Origin: Cyanophora paradoxa CCMP329
Taxonomy: Eukaryota > Plantae > Glaucophyta
Assembly (NCBI GenBank): GCA_004431415.1
Contig: QPMI01000101.1
Location: 124,001 to 188,000, forward strand
Direction: 5' to 3'
DNA: 64,000 bases
Of the stretch, positions 37,801 to 50,624 are shown piece by piece. The notes beneath the pieces are model-generated. The model saw nothing but the letters and a program-made list of their open reading frames with translations. It had not been told where the DNA came from and did not search any database. Every line of letters begins with the position of its first letter. Positions within the stretch are counted from its first letter, which is position 1. The position numbers and the translations under genes are program-made.

Positions 37801-40800
37801 GAGACAGTGTGGAGGAGGCGGAGCTCGTCCTCCTGCCAGGCGCGCGCGCGCTCGATTTGCGAGACGCTGATGAGCGCGTTCGGCCTGCCCGCCGCCCCCG
37901 CACCGCGTGAGGACGAGGAAGAGAGGCAAGGGAGCGCAAGGAAGAGGGAGGGGGCGGGAGGGGAGGGGGCGGACCGCCCGTGGAAGGTCGTGAACGCGAT
38001 CGCGATGCTCTTTATCTGCTGGTACCCGAAGACCTGCGCGCGGCGCCTCAGCCCGCTCCCCTCCACGCCGGGTTCAAGCGGGGAGCCCGCGGCCTCTTCC
38101 CCCGCGCCCCGCGCCGCGGGCTCGCGCCGGCTCGCACCTTGCAGAAGAAGTGGGCGTTGGAGATGCCCTCGCGGCCCAGCGCCGCCGCGTCCGTTGCGTC
38201 CTCCAGCGCGATCACCCGCTTCCCCGCTGCCGCCCCGCCGCCACCGAGCCGCCTCAGGCCGGCGGCAAGCAGCGAGGAAAGCGGCCCGTATGCATGGCTG
38301 CCCACACGTGTCTACACGCACGCGACGGCGTATGCCTTGGGAAGAACTCGAATTAAGTCGTAGATGGATAGTTTGGGGCGGCGTTGCGGGGGGGAATTAA
38401 GCGCGCCAGGCGCAGGGGGGCGGGAGGAGGGAAGGCAAAGGGCCCGGGAGGCCGCGGGGGAGGGTCAGGGGCGACGAGCTCTCGGGAGAGGGCGGGGGCG
38501 AGGGAGAAGGTTCCTCTCGCGACGAGGGGCGAGGGCGCGCACTCTTGGTGAGGTGGGCGACGAGGGGCTCGAAGAAGGAGCCCGTCGCCGGCCACTCGGG
38601 GGCCGCCTCCGGCACCGACGCCGCCACCGCCCGGTCTGCGGCGGGTCACATGGGGGGGAGGGGGAGGGCGCGGGGGCGAGGCGGGGCGGGGCGGGGCGCG
38701 GGGCCGGCGCGGGAGAGCGGGGCGCGGGGCGCACGGATGTCGGGCCCGGCGAGGAGGGCGGCGTCGGGGACGCCCGGGGCGGCGTCGATGGCCTCGAGGG
38801 CGGGGTCGTCGAGGCTCAGCACGCGCACGCGGCACGCGCGGAAGGCCTCCCGCACGAGGCGCGCGCTGCGCTGGTAGACCTCGCGCACCCCCAGCACCTG
38901 GTGGATCTCCCGCGTCATCTGCCCCCCCGCCCCGCCCCCGCCCCCCCGCTCAGCGCCCCGCCGCGCGCGGCGGGGCGGGGCGGGGCGGACGGCCTCGAGG
39001 AGGCCGGAGTGCATGAGCTGGCGCTCGAGCTGCGCGGCGTGCGTGCGCTGCTGCTCCAGCAGCCGCCCGTGCGCGATCGCCTGCCCCGCGCCCCTCAGAG
39101 GCAGGCAGGCGAAGCTCGAGAAGGCGCCTTCTCGCGTCGAGGAGCTGATCGCATGCAAGGAGGGCGGGGCGCACGACGCCGACGTGCTCGGCGACCTGCT
39201 TGAGCAGCAGCCGCTCCTCCGCGCCCCACGACGCCTCCCGCTCCACCATCTCCACTGCCCGCCCGTCGCCCCGGGGCCGCGCGCGGGGGAAGGGTGAGGC
39301 CCCGAGGCGCGATTCCCGCAATTCTCGGAATTCGAAGGGCGCACGGACGATGACTCCCTGGATTTGCCCGCGGAAGAAGACGCGGGTTGCCATGCTGAAA
39401 GAAAGCGTCGCGGATCAGGTCAGGCGAGAGGGGGAAGCGCTTCTTCAAGCGTCGGGCGAGCGGCTAGAGGGCCGCCTCCTTCGTGCCCCCCGGCTTCTTC
39501 TTTGGCGCCGCCAAGGGCTCCAAGGCTTTCTAAGCGTCTGCTCCCGCCGGGGAGGGCCCTCGGGGGTCGCGGGGCGGGACCTGGAGCGGGAGGCGACCTC
39601 CTCCATCTCGCGCCTCGCCTCCTCGCTCACGAACGACGCCCGCGCCATCGCCTGCGTCGCCCCACGCCGATCAGCAGGCGGCGTGCACGAGGGAGGAGGC
39701 GGGAGAGAGGTGCCCCGCCATCTCTCCCTCCAGTTTTGCTTTCAGAGCGAACGAGAGAGAGAGAGTGCGGGGCAAGCGGCTCGAGGGGGGAAGAGCGGGG
39801 GAGGGGGGGGGAGGAAGGAGAGAGGAGGAGGGGGCTGGGACCTGGACGTCGGGGATGTGGAGGACGCCGTCCGGGGCGTTCTCGTGGAGGGCCCACCACA
39901 CCGACGAGGCCTGCGCGTCGTACCCGGGCAGCGCCTGCGCCCCCGCGAAGCGCGCTCAGCACCCGAGGGCCAGGGGGAAGGAAGAGGCGCCAGCGTGGGC
40001 TTAGTCGCGAGAGCAATGCCGCTGCGTGCGCAGGGGCCCAGAGCGGCGCCGGTGCCGGCGCACCTTCGGGATGCCCTCTTTCGCCACCCAAACGACCTGC
40101 CTCCGACGTCGCCGGCAGCTAAGGCGACAATGGCGGCGCGGAGCGGCGCGCCTGGGCCTCAGTGAAGGTGTCCTTGTACGTGTTGTCGAAGTACTGCCAG
40201 AGGGAGCAGCGGTCGACGTTGAAGGCCTTTCCCACAAGCTCCGCCCTGCGCCCCACCGCATTCGCCGGCGCCGACGCCGGCTGGCTCGGGCGCGGGAGGG
40301 CATCGGAGGCGACGCGCACGAGCGGTGGAAGATGTGCTCGATGGAGCCGTCGACCTGCGCGGCGCGACGCTCAGTGGCAGCGCGGGGCGGGCCCCGAGCG
40401 GGGCGGGGCGGGCCTCCTGCGAGATCTCCCGCACGATCCCGGCGAGCAGCGCCGAGTTGCGCAGCTGCGGCGGCCGAGTCGGCGGCCGGCGGGGGCGGCG
40501 CGGCGGGGGCGGGGGCGGGGACGGGCCTCGCGCTGGAGGTCGCGGTTCTGGACGGCGACCTGCTCGCGCAGCGCCGACTGCGCCAGCGCGATCCCGATCT
40601 GGTCGGCGACGAGGCGGAGGAAGTGCGACTCCTCCGGCCCCCAGTTCGCGATCTGGTGGTGGTGAGCGATCCCGGAGGCGCTCCCTGCCCTGGACCTTGT
40701 CCCGACCTTGTCCGTCGTCTCGACGATGAGGAGGGCGTTGTAGGCTCCCTCGTGCATCGTGCAGGCGCACATGCAGCTCAGCGCCGACGTGTAGGTCCTG

Positions 40801-42872
40801 CGCCCCTCTTCGCTCAGCACCGCGCAGCTCTCCCTGCAGCGCCGGCACCCGCTTTACGCGCTCTCTAAGCACTTTCACGCTCGCACAGCGTTGCAGCTAT
40901 AGATAGAGAATCTTCGAAGACGCGTTTTCAGCTCGTTCGTTCTCTCTCTCTTCCTTTCTCTTCCCCTGCGACTGCGACTTCTGCGGCGCGCGCACCTGAA
41001 CTCTGGAGGCAGCATGTCTAGTCCGTTGCGCACGAAGACGTAGTCTGGGATGGGGTCAGCTCGGAGGGGATCTCGGGGGCGGGAGGAGAGGTGTGCGGGG
41101 CGGTGCGGACCGGGGCTGGCCTCGCAGAGCTGGATGGTGGTGTCGACCATCGAGTCCGAGAGGGACATGTCCGCGTCGGCGTGGGGCGACCCCGGCACCG
41201 CGAACGTCACCCTGCGCAACCCAGCGCTCGAAGCCCGGCCGCGGAGAGGGCGGCGGGGGCGGGGGGGGGAGAGGGGCGGCGCGCTCGCCTGGGGGCCCCC
41301 CTGGGCGACTGGGACATGTCGAAGACGACGGCGCGCGTGGCCTGGAAGTGCCCGCAGAGCAGCGCCGCCACGCAGTCGAAGACCTGTCCCGCGCGCCCGC
41401 CCCCGCCCCTCGAGACGCGCCCCGCCCCCGCGCCCCAGCGCCAGCGCCCCCGGCGCACCGCCTGCACGCCCGAGCAGGCGTTGATCTCGTTCGCGAGCCT
41501 GCGGATGAGCTCCTGCTCCCTGAGCTGCCGCTGCGGCGCGCCGGTCGGGGCCGAGCAGCGGGCAGGACGGGCCGCCGGGATCTTGACCGAACCTGGAGCG
41601 CCCGGTTCTGGGCCTCGATCTCCGCTTTGGCCGCCGCCAGCCGCGCGCACGCCGCCCCCTCGCTCGCCTGCCCCAGCCCCGGCCCCGCGTCACGCCGCCG
41701 CCACCCGCGGCCGCGCGCCCCAGCCGCCCGCACCAGCGCGGGGCCCAGGGTCCACGCACAGCACGCCGCCGCCTCCGCCTCCTCCTCGCTCCAGGCGCGG
41801 CCAGCCGCAGGGCGCCCGGCGCCGCCCTCGCGAGCGGCGACGAGGGCGCCCACGAGGCGCTGGCCGACGGCGATCGGCTGGGCGAGCAGCGGAGCCTCCT
41901 GCCCGGCCCCCGCCCGCACCACCGCCCGCCCCGCCTCCAGCTCCCCCACGCCTGCCCGCCCGTCAGCCCGCCACCCGCCGCCCCTCCGGCCCCGCCAGCG
42001 CACCCCCTCCGGCAGCGCCAAGGCTGCCGCCGCCTCCGCGGGGGCGGCGCCCCGCTGCGCCGGCGCCCCGCTGCCCGAAGGCGCTTCCAGGATCCAGCAC
42101 CTGCGTCCCGGCCAGCCTCAGCGGCCAGCGGCGAGCCCGATCCCCCTCCCGCGGGCGGCGCACCAGTCGGCGTCGAGGGCGGCGCGGGCGGCCGCCGCCG
42201 CGCGGTCGAAGGCGGCCGCGTCCGCGGCCCCCGCACGGCGCGCGCGACGGCTTCCACGGGGCACGAGCGGTGCGCTGCGCGGCGTCGGCGGGCGCGGGGG
42301 CCGGTTCGACGTCGGCGGCGGGGGCGGCGGCGCGCGCACCTTGGAGGCCGAGCGCCACGAGCCCCGCCGCCTGCACCAGCAGCGCCTGCTCCTCCGCCGT
42401 CAGGCCCGCCTCGCCGCCCTCGAAAGCCATCTGCCGCGCCCGTCCCATTTGCTGCTCGCTCCGCCCCGCCCAGCGGCGTCGGCGGCGCGCAGCGGAGGGT
42501 GCGCACCGTCACCACAGCGCGGGCCGAGTCGCCGGCGGCCTCCTCGTCTGCCGCCCGCACCGCGTACCGCGGCCCCTCGCACGCCGGCCCGGTCGACACA
42601 GGGGCCGGCGAGGCGAGGACCGCGGCAAGGCAGGAGGCGAGCTCGCCCGCAGAGCTCCGCGGCGTCGCGGAGACGGCGCTGTGCGCCGCGAGGAGCCCAT
42701 GCAGCCGCCCCCGCTCGACGACGTGGAGCTCCACGAGCGCCGCCCCGAACGCAGTCGCCAGGAGCTCTGCCGCCGCCTGCGGGAAGGCCGCCGGCCGCGC
42801 AAGGGCCTTCCGCAAGGAACGAAGGCAATCCTTGCAACGATGGGCGAGCCCGCGACCGTGCCCTGACTCCAT
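34817..42872 (-). CDS. Multi-GAF hybrid sensor histidine kinase (about 5 GAF-like, HisKA, HATPase, degenerate REC, REC)
   Basis: GAF ends WGPEESHFLRLVADQIGIALAQ, WGAEERLLLKQVAEHVGV, WQEDELRLLHTVSEQIGVAIMQ; H-box KSQFLAMVSHEIRTP|MN; RLNQILVNTLGN, DTGIGI, QYGGTG|LGL; receiver ILVAEDVE|VN..LLDVMMP|VMDG..TANAMAGDREHCLASGMSDYLP|KP. Confidence 0.92.
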
Positions 42873-43576
42873 GATCGTCGCCACGCTCGGATCTTCGATC
42901 GAACCTCCGCGTGTGCTAGCTGGCGCTGGCCTGGCTGACGATCCGGTGCTTGTCTTAGTGAAAAGGCTCTGATGCAAGTTCATGCAACGAGCGTGCAAGG
43001 CTGCAACTTAAACCAACTTTACGGAATAGACTATCCGACTATCTGCTGCGCGCTGCGGGCCTGCGGCGCGAGGAAGGCCAAGCTTAGGGCCCGATGAAGC
43101 AGCCCATTTGCAACCGGATCGAAGAGCCGAGTTGTATTGCTGCTGCGTGACGCTCGAGATCCAGACTTCACTGACAATGCGGCGCCGGCCTACCGGCTGC
43201 AGTACTTGCCACTGCACAAGTTGTCATAAACTGTGGCGCCTGATCATGAAGGACGCGCACGCGCACAGCGGCAGTGCTGCGGCACAGCAGGACCCGCGCT
43301 CGAGTCCTGACCTGTCTGTACACAGTTTATGGGTACGCTAACGCTTGAGGCCCTACATGTATACTGTAATATACAGGGCTAGGAAAAACAATATTCCAAA
43401 ATTGTACGTACCCAAAAAGCCAACCCGCGCCGTACGCGTGTACCCGAGCCGGTCGACTGGAGGGTACAGCTGCTCAACGCATCGTGCACGCATTCAGCAC
43501 GCCGCAGCAGTAAAGTGGAAATGCCATTCATGCATTGGACTGTCTAGATAAAAGCCGCCGGACCGGGGACCTGCCC

Positions 43577-44452
43577 ATGACCGGATCGGCCTGCCGTCTG
43601 ATCGGCGCCTCGGCCGCGATCTTCCAGCATGATTAGTAGATGGCCCCGGCTCTCATCATTCGCGCACTTCGCCGTCACGAGCCTGCGGCCGGCACTGCTA
43701 CCGCTATGTGCGTCGTTTTGCGTTCGTAGCGGGTTGCCCGCTGACCACGTAGACGCATATAGGGGGGTTGGTCGCCTTCTATTTGACGATAGTTCCGAGG
43801 TATGCGGTCGCTACGCCGCCGCCTCAGCGTGTCTGGATCACAGCGATTTGGGTCGCTGTCGTCGTTGGTACGGCGCTCAACGTGAACGGCTACGTGGTCA
43901 GCGGGCAGACATCGCCGCGCGTGTACGCTCGGAACGCGCCGTTCTCCATCATGCGGTCCGCTCCCCCTCGCCCGCGCCCGCGCCGAGGTTCGAATCCGGC
44001 GGCGCTGACGCACGCGGACGCGGGCCGCCGCCGCCCGCAGCTTCTTCCTCATACCGTTCTGCGTCGCGTCGTACTCGGGCGTCACGGCGGTGGCGGGCGA
44101 GTCGAGCTTCTGGTACATCTTCCCTCGGGAGGGCGCCGTGCTGGCCGTCTCTCTGGCGGTCCCCGCCGCCGTCGTCCTCTTCGGCGTGGGGCTGCACTTG
44201 AGCCGCCAACGCCGCGCCAAGCGCAGCCCCGCGGGCCCGGAAGGGGAGGCGTCGCCGGCAGGCTCCCGCTGCTCGCTGGCCTCCACGCGGCCCCAGGCCT
44301 TCTCCGAGCTCGACGCCATCGCGTTCGGCTCCGCCGGGGGCGACCCCGGCGGCCCCGGCGGCGACTCCGGCCCGGGCCCGGGCTCCCCACGGCACCCGGG
44401 CCCGTCAGGCTCCTCCGGGAATCACGTGCTCCACCTCCACCCCCACCCGTAG
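43577..44452 (+). pseudogene. Fragment of a multi-pass membrane protein, probably degenerate
   Basis: Hydrophobic segments VWITAIWVAVVVGTAL, FFLIPFCVASY, VLAVSLAVPAAVVLFGVGL; tandem TAGTAG stops near 43634; no family assigned. Confidence 0.35.
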
Positions 44453-44934
44453 ACCCGCACGTGCGGGCTCGCCCCTCGATTTCGGCTTCCATTTCCTCCG
44501 TCGCTCCTGTGGTGCACAGTGAGATGTAAGTCCCTAGCTATAGTGAGACATTAGTCCCTAGGCTAGAGATACCTGAGTTCTAGCACAGGTGGTTCGCACC
44601 GTGAGATGCATTGCTAGATCTAGACGTGAGAGCTCTGTGTTTGTAGCGTAAGGCCCTGAGGCGGGGGGCGGCAAGTGCGATCCGTCGCAACAGGCAGCTA
44701 TAGGGCTTCGGGGGGCACTCGAGCTCCGCTTGTTGAGGCCGCTCGGAGGCGTCACGCGGTTGTCCAGTGCGCTTGTAATTGGACTAGCTATATATCGTAC
44801 TGGAGTTGGGATTGCTTGACTCCTTTCGATTAATTATAAATAATACTTGAAACTTGAAATATATCGCCATTCTGAATGATGGGATCAGCGGGGCATAAGC
44901 TCATCGATTCTACCGTGTACGTATATATATATAT

Positions 44935-46427
44935 TTGCAAGGGGGGGTACCCCCTCCCTTGCTCCCCTGGTGAATTGGTGCGGCGTACTTTCTGTGTTAG
45001 CAATTTTTGTAAGATGAGATTCTTTGCATGCGCTCTCGTATAGGTGTGATCGCATCGTAGCCGCTGCGAGCGGCGAAAAAAAATGCAAGGGCGGGGCTGC
45101 GCAAACATGTCGAAGCCGCTCCTCGCCTGCTATTGCTATATGCGCCGGACCACGTGCTCCTGAATGCTCTCAATGCGTTCTACAAACTCTGTCATACATG
45201 CCTGGGCTCGAGAAGCGGCGCGTGGCGCGCTAGGCCGCCTCAAGTACCTGTTGTACCGGGCGCCGGAAAAAAAGTGCTCCTGAGAGTTTCAGGCGATTGC
45301 TGGGTACACATGCCAGAGCCCGGCCCAGAGGTCGAGGTCGCGGGGCCGAGCATCCGCATGCGGAGCGCGGGCCGGAGCGGCGCGCCCGCAACGTCGCGTT
45401 CCGGTGCGCTTCCGGCTGCGGCCTCGGCGGCGACACCTGCACCGTGCGGGAACAGCGCTAGCCGCGGATGCGCTCCTGGTGGCGAATGCGGGCACAGCCG
45501 CTCCTGGTGGCGGAGAGCGCCGCGAGAGTGCAGGAAGAAGGCGCCCGAGACGCCGCGACGCCGGCTGTGTGCGCGCCCGCGGCCGCGGCGTTTTGCCAAC
45601 GCTCTCGGTTTCTGATGGACTCCGATTCATGATCGAGCAGACTCCAGCTCGATGTTGTCAAGCTCTTCAAGCGCGGTTCAAGCACGGGGCGGGTCGCCAC
45701 TTGCACGCCTCGGCCCCACGTATGCGTGGCTTGAACCGCGGCCGGCGTTCCGTAGCAGAGTGTGGCGGCCGCGGCGTCGCAGCATTCGCAGCTGCTCCTA
45801 GTACGTCGCGTCGGGCTAGGCCCCGCCCTGCGCCGCGGCTGTCCGGGGCGAGCTGACGCCTCGGCCCTGCGCAGGCTATGCGCAGGGCCCGGCGCCACCT
45901 GCCCGTCCGCCCGCTTCCCCGCCCGCCGCCCTGCCGGCTGCCTCAGCGTCGTCGACTCCAGGTTCGCTCCGCCGCTGCTGCCGCGCACCTGGCCCGGCCG
46001 CCCCCGCTGGGCCCCGCCCCCGCACGGCCGCTGTCCGGGGCGAGCTGACGCCTCAGCTCTGCGTATGTGCAGGCTATGCGCAGGGCCCGGCGCCACTTGC
46101 CCCTCCGCCCGCTTCCTCGCCCGCCGCCTCGCCGGCTGCTTCAGCGTCGTCGACTCCAGGTTCGCCCCGCCGCTGCTGCCGCGCACCTGGCCCGGCCGCC
46201 CCCGCTGGGCCCCGCCCCCGCACGGCCGCTGTCCGGGGCGAGCTGACGCCTCAGCTCTGCGTATGTGCAGGCTATGCGCAAGGCCCGGCGCCACCTGCCC
46301 CTCCGCCCGCTTCCCCGCCCGCCGCCGCCTTCGCCTGCCTGCCTGCCTGATGCCGTCGCCCGCGACGCCACCCCACCTGCCCGCCTCGCGACCCCGCCCG
46401 CCTCGCCCGGCCGCCCGCCTTGCCTCT

Positions 46428-46461
<34 letters not shown>

Positions 46462-46576
46462 CCTCCCACACACACACACCCTAAGTACCCTGCAATGTGT
46501 ACCAGCACCCCCCCTTGCACCTCCGCGCGCGGCCCGCACTTGCCGATCTTGCACAGGGCCGGGCGCGGTCTGCTAG
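44935..46576 (+). mobile_element. Non-autonomous rolling-circle-like element (Helitron/Helentron-type), copy 1
   Basis: 5' TTGCAAGGGGGGGTACCCCC; subterminal inverted copy CACCCCCCCTTGCA near 46506-46519; 13-bp GC stem (12/13 paired) then TCTGCTAG 3' end; homologous to 61863-63503. Confidence 0.7.
45836..46330. repeat. Central tandem repeat (~192-198-bp unit, ~2.5 copies) inside the rolling-circle-like element
   Basis: GTCCGGGGCGAGCTGACGCC recurs at 45841, 46033 and 46231; the equivalent array is in copy 2. Confidence 0.85.
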
Positions 46577-46959
46577 GTAACACTTAAGTAATGCGCGCAC
46601 TTAAGTAATGCGGTCCCAAATTAATGCGTTTTTCGCTGGCAAAACGCATTAATTTGGGACCGCATTAATATCTGTATCTACCCCCCTACTGGCATACTAC
46701 TGCAGCCAAAAAGCCTTGAAGCTTCAAAACGCATTAATTCGGTGCCGCATTATTATCAATACTAGGGGTTCGGGTCCAAAAACGCATTAATTTCTGGCGC
46801 ATTAATTAAGTGTTACACGGTAGATATCTAGCCTAGTAGAGCATGATCATGATCGATATCTAGATCATGATCAGGAGCTCGCGATCGCGCGCTGCTCTCA
46901 GGCTTTGCTTTTCCTCTCGCTTCTGCCGGCCCAATCGATATCATCGCATATGCAAGTAT

Positions 46960-47985
46960 TCAGAGGAAGAGAACGCCGAAGGTCCCGCCCGCTACGGACT
47001 TGGAGTCCCCTCCGAGCCCGCAGAGGCCGGCCCGGGCCGCGGCTACCGGTCGCCGGCGGCCCTCGCGGCGGCGGCGGCGATGGCGGCGCGCAGGACGGCG
47101 GCGACGGCGTCGGGCGTCGGCTCGCGCGCCGGGGTCGGCTCCCGCGGCGGCGGGGGCGGGGGCGGGGCGGGGGCACCGGCGCGGGCCCCGGGCGCGGGCT
47201 CGGCGCTGCCGCCGCCAGCGCCGCCCGCAGCACGGCGGCGACGGCGTCGGGGTGGACTCTCGCCGGGGGCGCGGCGAGGGGGAGCGCGGCCCGGCGGCTG
47301 CGGCGGCGGCGTCGAGGAGGGCCTGGGCGAAGGCCTCGAGGACGGCGGCATCGGGGCCGCCGGGGGCGAGCCACGCGGCGGCGCTGCGCACGGCCGCCTC
47401 GGCGATCGCCTCGTCGACGAGGGGCGAGGCGGCGCGCCGGCCCTCCGCCTCCGCCCGCTCCGCCTCGAGCGCCGCCTCCACCGCCCGCGCCGCCCGCTCC
47501 AGCGCCCCCGCCACCTCCTCCGGCGTCCCCGCCCGCCCCCGCTCCCGCGACCCGGCGCGGGGCCGGCGGGGCCCCGGGGGCCCCCGAGAAGGCCGCGGCG
47601 GCCTCGGCGAGGAGCGCCTCGGCGAGCGCGTCGAGGGCGGCGAGGAGGGAGGGCGTGGGCGAGGGCGCCGGCGGGGAGGGCGGCGGGCTGGGCGTGGGCG
47701 GCTGCCCGCGAGGCGGCGGGCGGCGGAGGCGAGGACGGCGTCGACGAAGGCGCGGAGGGCCGGCGGCGGGGTCGCCTCCCGCGGCGCCCCGCCCTCCGCC
47801 TCCTCGTAGTAGCTGAAGGACTCGGCGCGGGCAAAGGCGGAGGCCGGGGCGGAGCGGGCGGAGGGCGGCGGCTCGCCGTCGGGGGTGGAGAGCTGGTCCT
47901 CCTCGATCACGGAGAGGCGGTGCATGCGGACCTTGCGGCGCCCCGCGTGAGGCCGAGGCGAGCGAGGGGCGGTGCGGGGGTGGGT

Positions 47986-48016
<31 letters not shown>

Positions 48017-49393
48017 CGAAGGCGTCCGCGCACCGACTCGGGCACGCCGGAGCGGAGGATCTCGAAGGAGCGCGAGACGAGCCCGCCGGCCGCCGGCCGC
48101 CCGTGCCCGCCCTCCCCCCGGTAGATGATGTCCACGTTCTGCGCGGTACAGTCGCGCCAGGGGGCTGATTGGGGGGAGGGGGACGGGCCTTCGGTCCGGG
48201 GAGCTCGATGGGGGCGAGGAGGGAGGGGAAGGAGGGGCGGCGCTCCGTAGCGGCGGGTGTACCCCCCGAGGACTCGGCCCCCTCCCCGCTGCCCTCCCCG
48301 GGGGACGGCGCATCGAAAGACAGCTCCGGGAGCACAAGGTGCCTGTATCCCCGGCGCGTCAGGTACCCTTGAGGAGGAAAGGGGTACGCGAGAGCGGCGT
48401 ACACGAGCTCGCTGGTTGCAAGGGGGGTGGGAGCGGGGATGAGGTGCACGTCGAGGGGGGGAGGGAGGGGAGGGGCAGCTCGACGGCGGGCAGGGGGGCG
48501 GCTCCCACGCCTCCACGACGCCCGGCAGGCCCCCGCCGGCAGCGACCTCCGGGAGCGCGGCCGGCGCCTCGGAAGGCTCCGCCGGGGCCGGGGGGCCGGG
48601 GGCGGGGGCGTGGCGGGGCCGTCGAGGGGGATGGGGGTGCCGGTGGGGGGCCGCGGGAGGCGGGCGAAGCGGTGGAGGAAGGCGGCGTGGTCGCGGGGCA
48701 GGGAGGCGGGCGGGCCCGGGGGCGCGGCGTCGAGGAAGCGGAAGCGGACGGCGTCACGCAGACGCTCCACCAGCCGCCGCGCCAGCCGCTCCCCCGCCGC
48801 CGCCCGGCTCATCGGCGCCCCCTTCCGCTGCTCCCCAACCGCGTCCTGCCGCCCCAAGACCGAAGAAGTGAGCGGCGCGAGGGAGAAGGAGGGAGAGGCA
48901 GGGCGGCGCCTTGATCTGGGCGAGCATGCGCTGCATCTCGCGGCGCTGGTCGGCGAGGGGCCGGCCCTCGCGCCCCGCCGCCTCGAGCTCCAGGCAGAAC
49001 TGCTCGACGAGGGTCGTGCCCCTCTCCGCGAGGATCGACGCCGGCAGCACCGCGTCCAGCGAGCCCAGCATCGAGAAGAGCGTCCGCGCCATCAGATCGC
49101 ACGCCTCTGCGGCCGCCGCGCCCGGGCGTGGACGACGCGTCAGCTGCAGGCGCGAGACGCCGCGGCGGCTCGCACCCTCCTCCTTGGGGCGCTTGCCTGA
49201 GCCCGAGCCGCTGGCGGGCAGTGTCGCGGTCGGCATTGGGCCCAGCGTTAGCCGCAGCCTGCCAGTGAGAGCGATCGCTCAACGCTGCATATCGCGCTCC
49301 AGGGAGCAAAGGCTCCAACCGGCGCTCGCCGAGCCACGCTGCTCGCTCTGCCAGCGGGACAGGCCGCCCTATTCGGCGCCAAGCCAATTCCAC
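46960..49393 (-). CDS. Hypothetical multi-exon Ala/Pro-rich protein
   Basis: Coding-like exons (AAEACDLMARTLFSMLGSLDAVLP..; LVERLRDAVRFRFLD; VRMHRLSVIEEDQL..GGTFGVLFL*); start codon not identified; no family recognised. Confidence 0.45.
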
Positions 49394-49855
49394 GCTGCCG
49401 CCGACAAGCGCCTGGCAAAGCGGTGCTGCAGTCGACGGCTGGGCTAGCTATACCCCTCTGATCATGAGGTTTCGCCACAGGATAATCAAAATATGATTTA
49501 GCTAGCTATAGATTTAGCTATTGCCGCAGGCTAGATCTAGATCTAGAACGCCTGCAGCTGATTGATCATGAGGGAAGGTATAGGCTCCGTATATATAGCA
49601 GCCGCGGTTGGGCGCGCGGCGAGGAGAGGCCCCCAGCGCACGAGCCTCGGAGCTCAAGGCTACAATCTAATAGGCTTGGGCCCGGGGGGCCCGCGCGTGC
49701 GCGCGCGGCCGGGCGAGAGCCAGCATCAGCCAGGTATTGATTTCTAATTATAATATTCGAAGCTCGAGGGGGCACGGCCTGGCGGGGTTCGGGGGCCGCG
49801 CTCGACGCGCATCACGGTAAGGCAGATAGCTAGCTAGCAATAGCGTATGCACTAA

Positions 49856-50624
49856 TTAGCCGCAGGCAAGGGACACGTCTTCGTCGCTGAGGAAGAGGAA
49901 GTGGCCGGCGAGGGCGCCCAGAGCCACCGTCAGGAAGACCCCCGCGTTGAACGTCATCACCTGGCCGCGGATATCGATCACATTTCAAAGTTTGATTTGA
50001 GGCCTAGGACGCGTACGAGGCGCGGCCTGTTCGGGCGCATGCGCACCACGAGCATGACAAGGAAGTGGGCGGAAAAGGAGGCCGCGTAGAGAGCCGATGC
50101 GACGAGGCGCTCCGGGCCCGTCCGCAGCTTTCCCCGCGACGCCGGCGCCGAGCCGCCGAGCAGCGACTCGCCAACCTCGCGCGCGACAACGACCCGCTCC
50201 GCACGGCGTAACGCGTACACTTTGCTCTGCTTTTGAAGCCAGACGCTGAAAACGGTGAACGCGAAGATCAGCTGCGTCACGATCAGCGCGCGCTAGCTGC
50301 AGGCTATAGCTAGGCGAGGCGAGGCCTCGGAGAGACACGTACGCACTCCGAGCGATACAACGTAGCTAATGAGCGTCTTCGTGGCCCACCAGTCAAACAA
50401 AATCGTGACCCTGTACGCACGTCTAGTCAGCGCGGTGCGCCCACACGAAATTGGGTTGTACAGCTTGCCTGTAATCGTTGTAGAAAGTCATCTGCATCCC
50501 TTCGCGAGGTCATTTGAAGGTCAGAAGCGCGCAGGCCGGCGGCGTGGCGGCTCGAACCCATGTCGCCGGAGTCGCTGTCATCGGCGAGCGGTCTGCGAAT
50601 CCATGTTGTCGGAGTTGCTGTCAT
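49856..50624 (-). CDS. Ctr/COPT family copper transporter
   Basis: Spliced M|GMQMTFYNDYR|VTILFDWW...YVVSLG; TM2 MxxxM motif HFLVMLV|VMTFNAGVFLTVALGALAGHFLF; ends LACG*. Confidence 0.88.

Larger units (their letters stand above)
44913..46820. mobile_element. ~250-bp Tc1/mariner-type MITE whose left TIR is split by a later 1.66-kb insertion
   Basis: TA|CCGT (44911-44916) + GTAACACTTAAGTAATGCGC (46577-) reconstitutes the inverse of the right end GCGCATTAATTAAGTGTTACACGG|TA (to 46822); internal repeated CGCATTAAT motifs. Confidence 0.75.
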
